A DNA stretch of 44,739 nt, filler included, from an uncultured virus (IMG/VR IMGVR_UViG_2049941000_000871) (Duplodnaviria; Heunggongvirae; Uroviricota; Caudoviricetes). It is 12 parts of one record of this genome, joined end to end, with 100 filler letters (N's around TTAATTAATTAA, not from the genome) between each part and the next. Parts side by side here need not be neighbours in the genome. Positions count along the whole stretch, not along the records: positions 1 to 2,357 come from IMGVR_UViG_2049941000_000871; positions 2,458 to 4,679 come from IMGVR_UViG_2049941000_000871; positions 4,780 to 6,994 come from IMGVR_UViG_2049941000_000871; positions 7,095 to 11,014 come from IMGVR_UViG_2049941000_000871; 8 more parts are not named here. One strand, given 5' to 3'. This document shows, in pieces, positions 1 to 7,776 of the stretch (position 1 is the stretch's first letter; every line of letters starts with the position of its first letter). The notes beneath the pieces were generated by a model. It searched no databases and had not been told where the DNA came from. It saw only the letters and a list, made by a program, of their open reading frames with translations. Both the position numbers and the translations under genes were made by a program.

Positions 1-559
1 TTAGTCGGCGTAGTAGAGATCCTTCGCAAGCTTCTGAGCTGCTTTGATCTCAGAATATCCCTGCGTCTTTTTGATACCATATTCCTTAAGAATGACATCA
101 AGGATTTCGCCTTTGGTGTATTCCTGCTTCAGAAGATCGAGGATACGACCATAGCGCGGATTCATCTCTCTGACCTGACGGATCAGATCGTCAATGATAA
201 GGCCGAGCAGAGTCGTGTTCTCCAAAGATTCTGTCTGGGCGGGATCATAGCCGTTACCGTCTTCCGACATCATATCTTCCAGCATCTTGTCATAGGAGAG
301 GATGTTCGGGTCCTTCTTCAGGTCTGCAATGTAAGTGCGAACATCGCTCCAGAAGAGCTTCATGGTGCCGGGAAACTGTTCAGCAGTGACCGGTGTGAAG
401 GCGACTAAAACGGCGATGCCGCTGAAGTGCCAGGTTTCAAGGTTCTCACGATGATAGTTCATCGCTTTTACTTCGCCCCAGTTGTGAACTAGGAACGGAG
501 CGAGGTAGAATCCTTCCGGTACGGGAAGGTTGTTGTACGAGCGCTTATCGCTGTACTTG
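1..559 (-). CDS. Hypothetical protein with C-terminal HTH (sigma-70 region 4-like); 5' end lost in N gap
   Basis: The frame of ORF 1..462 stays open upstream to the gap at 561 (KYSDKRSYNNLPVPEGFYLAPFLVHNWGEVKAM). The C-terminus YGRILDLLKQEYTKGEIL...IKKTQGYSEIKAAQKLAK resembles a sigma-4/HTH module. Function is inferred. Confidence 0.55.
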
Positions 560-863
560 GNNNNNNNNNNNNNNNNNNNNNNNNNNNNNNNNNNNNNNNN
601 NNNNNNNNNNNNNNNNNNNNNNNNNNNNNNNNNNNNNNNNNNNNNNNNNNNNNNNNNNNNNNNNNNNNNNNNNNNNNNNNNNNNNNNNNNNNNNNNNNNN
701 NNNNNNNNNNNNNNNNNNNNNNNNNNNTTGGCCAGCCTGTTCTACATGGGCTGACGTGATTTACATGGCGGCTTCGGTGAGACGGTAGAACCATCTTCAG
801 CGCTAAAGAAGCAATCTCACTGAAGCTAAGCCCATCATAATCGCTTTCTTTTTATTTGGAAAA

Positions 864-988
864 ACTCACCGAGTCGGATTAAACCCAACAAAAAAGCCCG
901 CATTTCTGCGGGTTTCAACCAGTTCACATATTCATTTATGATAGTATGACAGGGATTTATGATGATATTCCCGACTCATCGAGTCGGA
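864..988. promoter_or_regulatory. Two operator-like sites ACTCAYCGAGTCGGA
   Basis: actcaccgagtcgga at 864-878 and actcatcgagtcgga at 974-988. The second is part of the inverted repeat CCGACTC-atc-GAGTCGG (971-987). Confidence 0.55.
890..915 (-). terminator. Rho-independent terminator-like hairpin
   Basis: Minus strand reads ACCCGCA-gaaa-TGCGGGC followed by TTTTTT. Confidence 0.55.
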
Positions 989-1003
989 AAAATTTTCAGA
1001 AAT

Positions 1004-1037
1004 AAAAAAAGCCGTGCTTCCGAAGGGGAAACACGGC
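1004..1037 (-). terminator. Rho-independent terminator of the metallopeptidase gene
   Basis: Minus strand GCCGTGtTTCC-ccttc-GGAAgCACGGC followed by T7, about 10 nt after the stop at 1047. Confidence 0.8.
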
Positions 1038-1046
1038 AAATTGAAG

Positions 1047-2357
1047 TTAATATCGCTCTTTTGTACCCAGGGTCTCATATCCATAAGACTGTAAGAAATC
1101 GTTTCGATCTTCCAGCATGTCGCCAGGGTAATTGTTGATACAGAACTTTAAGGCTCTATGTTCGTTGCTTTCCTTGAAGGCGTGACCGGCAAGGTGAAGC
1201 ATTTTTTCAGTGGTTTCTATATCAAGGCTGAGACCACATGCTATAGCGACAATTGTTCTCAGGGAAGGGTCGGTTCCTAAGTTCTTTTCAGCCTTGCGAT
1301 ATACTTCTTCACCAAGACCTGTAAGGTTACAGAAGTGGGGCTTACTTATGCCTTTAAGCTGGATGATTTCGTAAATATACTGCCAGCATGTTTTACCAAT
1401 AGTTGATATTTGATGGATCTGTTCGCCTTGTTCAAAGCTCTTCCTCTTTTTTCTTAAATCCTCAGAGAGTGCGACAACAGAAGCACTCTGATCATCATCG
1501 TAATGAGAAATCTCTTGTTCGTCGTTGTCACGGTGGAAGATGATCTGCGGCAGTATTTCTTTGGCTTTGGAGCGGCGTATGCGCTGCCAACTGAAAGACA
1601 GGGTGCATTCATCAAGATGATCCCAGGCATATTCGGAAAGTGTTGCTTTTCCATCATCGTTTGTGGAGATATATTTGTCATCGTTGATGACCACATATCC
1701 TTCAACGTATCTGAACTTACCGGTGTCAATGAGTTTGCGGAAGTCTTCATTGGTGCTGTACTCATAGAAGACATCTTCGCGGCTGACATAGGAGTGCCAG
1801 TCTTTCTCATTGATAGCTTGCAGAACCGATTTTGCTTCCGGGTACCCGGTCTCTGTCATACGTATTAAGGCAGACTGCCTTGATACGCCGTAGAATGAAG
1901 CAAGATCATCGGCAATGCAGGTAAGCACGGCGAGCTTCAACGGAGTATTCTCATAATCATATTGCTTATAGAGTTCATCTACTTTGATCTTAAAGGTCTG
2001 TATCGGCATCAGGATCCTTGGGGCCAGATTATTTGCCTGCCACTCCATGCGCTGCTCATCAGTCCATTCTTCTTTTTCATCCGGATAACTCATCTCAGCC
2101 GGACAACGGCAAGCGATGAACTTCTCATCACGCAGGATATGTTTGATGGCAGCATAGAGACGGTGCCGGTGCCAGTGATAAACCTCATGAGCGATAGTGT
2201 TGTTCACACAGCCGCTGTTCCGCTGCCAGTAGGTATAAGCATCAATCAGAATAGTTCCTCTGGGAACTTCCTGTTCTTTCTCAGAGGTCTTGAAAAGATC
2301 GTAGATCTTGACTGTTCCGGGAGAGAAGCAGATCTGACCGAAGATGGTGAAGTCATC
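1047..2357 (-). CDS. ImmA/IrrE-family metallopeptidase with C-terminal HTH, 3' part
   Basis: HEXXH motif (IAHEVYHW) plus downstream MEWQANNLAPRILMP. C-terminal HTH-like segment (GISKPHFCNLTGLGEEVYRKAE...PSLRTIVAIACGL). The frame is open to the contig edge at 2357 and joins in frame with 3490-4059. Confidence 0.85.
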   Translation of the reverse strand, partial: DDFTIFGQICFSPGTVKIYDLFKTSEKEQEVPRGTILIDAYTYWQRNSGCVNNTIAHEVYHWHRHRLYAAIKHILRDEKFIACRCPAEMSYPDEKEEWTDEQRMEWQANNLAPRILMPIQTFKIKVDELYKQYDYENTPLKLAVLTCIADDLASFYGVSRQSALIRMTETGYPEAKSVLQAINEKDWHSYVSREDVFYEYSTNEDFRKLIDTGKFRYVEGYVVINDDKYISTNDDGKATLSEYAWDHLDECTLSFSWQRIRRSKAKEILPQIIFHRDNDEQEISHYDDDQSASVVALSEDLRKKRKSFEQGEQIHQISTIGKTCWQYIYEIIQLKGISKPHFCNLTGLGEEVYRKAEKNLGTDPSLRTIVAIACGLSLDIETTEKMLHLAGHAFKESNEHRALKFCINNYPGDMLEDRNDFLQSYGYETLGTKERY

Positions 2358-2401
2358 NNNNNNNNNNNNNNNNNNNNNNNNNNNNNNNNNNNNNNNNNNN
2401 N

Positions 2402-2413
2402 TTAATTAATTAA
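2402..2413. other. Artificial contig linker TTAATTAATTAA (also at 4724, 7039, 11059, 20597, 32100, 35094, 39761, 41264, 43172, 43953)
   Basis: Identical six-frame-stop 12-mer embedded in N runs at 11 positions. Confidence 0.97.
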
Positions 2414-2457
2414 NNNNNNNNNNNNNNNNNNNNNNNNNNNNNNNNNNNNNNNNNNNN

Positions 2458-3421
2458 TCAAGGTAATGAAATAAAGGGGACGCCGCTTCTTGTTTCTGAG
2501 ATCATTGCTGAAGCTATGACCAGATATACAGACAAGCAGGCATATGTATATTTCAATGACCTTGATTCCAGAAAAATAGACCTGCTTAAGACAAGAATTC
2601 CAAGGCAGACAAGCAATTTTACAATTTATACGGAGTCTATGGATGCAAATGTGCTGCTAAGAAAAATAGGTAGCCAATTCTCATCCATGTTCAGTGACAT
2701 GCATTTTTTGCTTGTTTACGATCCGTATGATGCTCATATCGAATGGGATGCCATGATGCCGTTCCTGAAAAACTGGGGCGAGATCATCATCAACCACATG
2801 GTGTCCGATACAATCAGGGCAGCTAAGATGGCAAAGAAGCCGGAAGTTATCGAGAAGTATGAGGAAACCTATCAGACTACGATCGATGAACTGATTTCAT
2901 TCGGCAGCGATAGAAATGCTTTCGAGAAAAAGATTGAGCAGATTATTCTTGATTTTAGCGGAAGAAAAGAAGGCCGCTATTATGTTGCTGCCTTCCCGTT
3001 CTTCAACAGTAATAACTCCGTGGTTTATAACCTGATTCACTGTACCGGTCATCCAACAGGATTTGATCTTTTCAAGTCTACGGCATGGAAGACCTTTGAT
3101 GATCAGTCATCCGGAAAGAAAACCAATGATGGAAATGATGATGGTTATGAACAACTGGTTATGAACTTTGAGACCGGCGAAGTCGGATACGAGCATAAAG
3201 AAGATGATGCTCATTATACACTTCGAGATATTGCAGCTTATTTGCAACAGCATTTTCGAGGTAGGCAGGATGTACCGAAGGATGAGATATCGGATTACTT
3301 GTTTGAGCATCCGGTGTTCCCAGTCAGAGACTACAGCAGAAAAACTTATAACGCATTAAAGAAATATTATGGTGCTGTAGTTCACAGAAATACCGTAACA
3401 TTTTCAGATAGGAGTTGCTAA
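2458..3421 (+). CDS. Three-Cys-motif partner protein (TcmP-like), 3' part
   Basis: Motifs KGTP, FNDLD, DAN, LVYDPY of a Rossmann methyltransferase-like fold. Joins exactly to 4504-4679 (...YYD-D-QGNEIKGTP), giving about 379 aa. Lies directly upstream of a three-Cys radical SAM gene. Confidence 0.75.
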
Positions 3422-3423
3422 AG

Positions 3424-3479
3424 ATGCCGAAAGTGGAAGGCTACATAAAAAGAAAATCCATGCTGTACAAGACAGGCGT
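3424..3479 (+). CDS. Radical SAM protein, 5' fragment (MPKVEGYIKRKSMLYKTGV)
   Basis: ATG just after the TcmP stop, with a GGAG RBS. Continues in the 4780-5485 contig. Confidence 0.65.
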
Positions 3480-3489
3480 NNNNNNNNNN

Positions 3490-4059
3490 AGTGATGCGAT
3501 ATCCCTGGATGACTTTGAGACCGAGTTTCTCTTTGGCGATATCTTCAATCGGGACGCGGAGCGGTTCTTCAAGTGCTTCTGGATAATACTTCTCCAGAAA
3601 GGCTGTGGCTTCTCTGTCGAGATCCTTACGGTAGATGATAGGTACAATACTCTTTGATGCTGCAACACCGGCAGAAGACGGCTTTGTGTCTTTGCTCCAA
3701 GGCTTTACAGACGAAACTGTTAAGGATTCAAGTTTATCGGTGATAACGGCTTCGCATGACGCAATCAGCCATTGTGATGTTTCTCCAGACATGTCACCAC
3801 GGTATTCATCAAATTGCTGTAATTCGATAGTACAGCTAAGAATCGCATCGAAGAAGAGAGAGTCTTCATCAATACGGATATGTGTGGCATATTCGAGCAG
3901 CATGTCCAAAAGCATGGCGGTATCAGGATACTTAATGCGGGACATGCTGAGGTTCAGCGTAGTCGGGTGTGCTGCAATATAATTATTCACTGATTCCCAG
4001 ATAGGGCGGTAACAAATCTTGTATATAAATTCTTCAATCTCATTCTGAGCTTTGCTCAT
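3490..4059 (-). CDS. ImmA/IrrE-family metallopeptidase, 5' part
   Basis: ATG at 4059 with GAGGTG RBS (MSKAQNEIEEF). The end ...EATAFLEKYYPEALEEPLRVPIEDIAKEKLGL...GYRIT is typical of the segment preceding the protease domain and abuts DDFTIFGQ at 2357. Full length about 626 aa. Confidence 0.8.
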
Positions 4060-4119
4060 TCTAAGACACCTCTTTTCGTAGAAGTGCCCGCTGGTTGCGG
4101 GCGAAATGATACAGATAGA

Positions 4120-4148
4120 ATTATAGCACTTATTTGGAGAATTTTCAA
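4120..4148 (-). promoter_or_regulatory. sigmaA promoter of the metallopeptidase gene
   Basis: Minus strand TTGAAA-17 nt-TATAAT with a TG extension. Confidence 0.75.
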
Positions 4149-4189
4149 TTAAAAGCGGTGTCAATTCGTGCGTATGTGGAGATTTTTGC

Positions 4190-4218
4190 TTGTAGATTTT
4201 CGAGACGAGTGGTATAAT
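4190..4218 (+). promoter_or_regulatory. sigmaA promoter of the Xre-TcmP-radical SAM operon
   Basis: TTGTAG-17 nt-TATAAT with extended -10 (TGgTATAAT). Confidence 0.7.
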
Positions 4219-4289
4219 GGAGACTGTATTGGTATGCGTAGTTACCTGATGACATATATGTTTTGGGAATGAACCGAGAGGACTGCACT

Positions 4290-4526
4290 ATGGAAGTTAG
4301 TTACAAGAAGCTTTGGAAGCTACTTATCGACAAAGATATGAAGAAGAAAGACCTTCAGGCAAAGGCCGGAATCAGCTGGACTTCTGTCACAAAACTGTCC
4401 AAGGGCGAAAATGTGAGTATGGAAGTTCTGATGAAAGTGTGTAAAGTGCTTGAATGCAATATCGGCGACATTATGGATCTGATTCCGGAAGAAGGTGATA
4501 CGAATGGCGAGCTCAAAGAAGAATGA
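4290..4526 (+). CDS. Xre/Cro-C1 family HTH regulator
   Basis: MEVSYKKLWKLLIDKDMKKKDL...ISWTSVTKLSKGENVSMEVLMKVCKVLECNIGDIMD. GAGGA RBS. Confidence 0.9.
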   Translation: MEVSYKKLWKLLIDKDMKKKDLQAKAGISWTSVTKLSKGENVSMEVLMKVCKVLECNIGDIMDLIPEEGDTNGELKEE

Positions 4527-4679
4527 TGTTATTAGCGTTGCTCCGCCGCACAGTATCAAGAAGTTTGAGTTGATTTCAGAGTATGTAAAGGCCTGGATCA
4601 ACATTCTTATGCTGAACAAAAAGTGCAGGGGCATTGTCTACATAGATTGCATGTCAAATAGTGGCGTGTACTATGATGA
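4504..4679 (+). CDS. TcmP-like protein, 5' part
   Basis: HSIKKFELISEYVKAW...YIDCMSNSG, where the latter resembles SAM-binding motif I. Overlaps the 3' end of the Xre gene. Confidence 0.75.
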
Positions 4680-4779
4680 NNNNNNNNNNNNNNNNNNNNN
4701 NNNNNNNNNNNNNNNNNNNNNNNTTAATTAATTAANNNNNNNNNNNNNNNNNNNNNNNNNNNNNNNNNNNNNNNNNNNN

Positions 4780-5485
4780 TACATTGAATTTTGTGCAGGG
4801 ATGTGCGCATGGATGCCGGTATCCTTGCTATGCCTTCCTGTTAAAGAAACGATTTGGGCAGATTAAAAAGTATGAGGATTGGCTGAAGCCTTATCTGGTG
4901 TCAAATACGCTGGAAATCCTGGATAAAGAGATTCCAAGACTCAAAGACAAGATCAAATCTGTACAACTCTGTTTTACGACGGATCCCTTCATGGTGGGAT
5001 ATCCTGAGATTGAGACAATGAGTCTTGATGTCATAAAGAAACTCAATGACGCGGGGATAAAGTGTACGGTGCTTACCAAGGGAATCCTGCCGATCAGTCT
5101 GGAAAAGTGTTCCAAGGATAATGAGTACGGCATCACACTAATCTCTCTGGATGAGGAATACAGAGAGAGGATGGAGCCTGGATCGGCACCATATGCCGAC
5201 AGACTGAAAGCATTAAAGAAATTGCATGAGAAGGGCTGTAAGACGTGGGTGAGCATTGAACCATATCCTACGCCGAATCTGATAGAGCAGGATCTAAAGA
5301 AGATTCTGAAAGCAGTCAGCTTCGTGGATAAGATTATCTTTGGAAGAACCAATTACTGCAAGGATGTCACGTCTGGATATCCTGAACATAAGAAGTTCTA
5401 CAATGAAAGGGCAAGGGAAGTGATTGACTTCTGTACCAAGAAGGGAATTGCTTACCACATAAAAGATAAGACGATTACAGAATAG
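4780..5485 (+). CDS. Radical SAM protein (SPL-like), 3' part
   Basis: GCAHGCRYPCYA cysteine triad, then TTDPF, VLTKG, YGITL and VSIEP motifs. Confidence 0.85.
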
Positions 5486-5572
5486 AGACCGTTTTATGGG
5501 ATAGGTAAAGAGATAGAATTAAGATGCCGGAGTATATAATGCCGGTAAATATGGATAAACAGGAGGAAAGAC

Positions 5573-6955
5573 ATGGCTGCGATTCATGATTTGCTTGCTC
5601 AGGTTCAGGATGAGGCGTTGAGAGCCAGATTGGAGCAAGAGATAAACAGACTGTCAAAGACAAAGAAATTCGGGCTGGTGTTTGAAGAGCACCTTCCGGA
5701 GTGTACGCCGCTTTATGATATTCCGATTAAGCGTGGCTCAACCGTTGCAAAAAAGACTGGTGCCGTCAGTGATATGTATGAAGTAAGCGCCATCAAAGAT
5801 GGTGTTGCTACGTGCTATCACAAGGTTACGGAAGAAAAAGAAGAGATTCCGGTGCAAGAACTTGTGTCGGTGGCTCAGTTTGGAGAGCCTATATATCCTT
5901 ATCTGAAACCGATAGACAGCATATGCAATGCTCCTGATAGTGATCTGTGGCATACGTTGATTGAAGCCGATAATTATCATGCTCTGCAATTGTTGGAATA
6001 CCTCTATGCTGGAAAGGTGGACTGCATTTATATAGATCCACCATATAATACAGGGGCTAAAGATTGGAAATACAATAATGATTATGTGGATAGTGTGGAT
6101 GCATATAGACACAGCAAATGGCTTTCCTTTATTAAACGAAGGCTATTGCTAGCTAAAAAATTGCTTAATCCAACAGATTCTGTCTTGATTATTACAATTG
6201 ATGAAAAAGAATACCTGCATCTGGGGTGCTTGTTAGAGGAATTATTCCCGGAAGCAAGAATTCAGATGATTAGCACAGTAATAAATCCAACAGGAACAAA
6301 AAGGGCTGATGAGTTTTCTCGTACAAATGAATTTATTTTCTTTGTAAGAATTGGACAGTGTACCATTGAACAGGTTGCTGAAGTGAAAACGGTTGCTTCA
6401 AAATCTGAAGTTCACTGGGAACCGTTACGTAGACATACAGCTTCCAATATTCGTGATGTACAGCACCCTAACCAGTTTTTTCCGTTATTTATCGATGTCA
6501 ATACTAATGATATTGTTGAGATTGGTGAAAATCTTCCATTTGGAACGGATATATCAACAGTTGAACCTCGTGAGAATTGTGAAACAGTTTGGCCAATACG
6601 AGATAACGGCGTTGAAATGATGTGGGGGTTAAAGCGAGAAACTTTCATTAAAAGACTAGAAAGTGGATATGTGAAAATTGGTAGACATACACCTAATAAG
6701 CCACAAAAGTACTCTATATCATACCTTGCGTCGGGAACAATAGAAGATATTGAGGCTGGAAAAGCGACAATTAAAGGTTACGATGAGCACGGTGCGGTTA
6801 AAGCATATTACGAAGAAGGCAAAAAAGCTATTCCTACAACACAATGGGCAAATTCATCCCATGATGCCAAAGTGTTCGGCACCCTGTTATTGCAGCAGAT
6901 ACTTCTTGATAGGAAATTTCCGTTTCCAAAGTCTTTGTATGCAGTAAATGGTAAA
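5573..6955 (+). CDS. mod: Type III R-M-like adenine DNA methyltransferase (Mod), 5' part
   Basis: KKFGLVFEEH, LIEADNYHAL, motif IV YIDPPYNTG and FPFPKS. RBS AGGAGG. The last few codons before the gap look foreign. Confidence 0.88.
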
Positions 6956-7094
6956 ATAAAACTGTAAATGCCTATGCCGTTATGCTATGAGCATNNNNNN
7001 NNNNNNNNNNNNNNNNNNNNNNNNNNNNNNNNNNNNNNTTAATTAATTAANNNNNNNNNNNNNNNNNNNNNNNNNNNNNNNNNNNNNNNNNNNN

Positions 7095-7773
7095 AAAGAA
7101 CGCATTAATTGTGGATTTTTTTGCGGGTTCAGGAACCACGATGCACGCCGTCAATCTACTTAATAAAGAAGATGGAGGACATCGTCGATGCATTATGGTG
7201 ACAAATAACGAGATGAACGGAGATGAAGAAAGCGAATTAATAAAAAGAGGGTATAAACCTGGTGATGCTGAGTGGGAGAATCACGGCATAGCACGATATA
7301 TTACATGGCCGAGAACAACTTGTGTCATTAAGGGTGAAGATGTGAAAGGAAAAAGAATAGAGGGTTCATATGATGGATCTGACATTCCAATTGCAGAAGG
7401 ATTTAAATCAAATGTGGCATTTTTAAAGCTTGGCTTTTTAGATAAGACTTCTGTAGCATTAGGTCGTCAGCTGGCCGAATTATATCCTGTTCTATGGTTA
7501 AAAGCAGGAGCTCATGGACCGTGTCCTGCTTTGGAAAATGATAAAGCTTATATGCAGATTTTTCCGGAAAATGAATTTGCTATTCTTATCGATGAAAAGC
7601 ATTTTCAGGAGTTCAACGAAGAGGTAAGTAAGCATCCAGAGATTCAGACTATTTATGTTGTTACGGATTCCGAAGCCGGATATCGCGAGATGATTGCTGG
7701 ATATGGCGATAAAGATACATACCAGCTTTATAGAGATTATCTGGATAACTTCCGGATTAGTATAGGGAGGTAA
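7095..7773 (+). CDS. mod: Type III R-M-like methyltransferase (Mod), 3' part
   Basis: Motif I IVDFFAGSGTT following the DPPY-TRD part (beta-class order). Ends 3 nt before res. Confidence 0.88.
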
Positions 7774-7776
7774 GCC

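Noticed and set aside
1047..5485. Nested or split genes, or an invertible segment, in the protease/TcmP/radical SAM region
   Set aside because: The fragments re-join in frame when contigs 2458-3479 and 3490-4679 are swapped. This is a scaffold ordering error, not biology.
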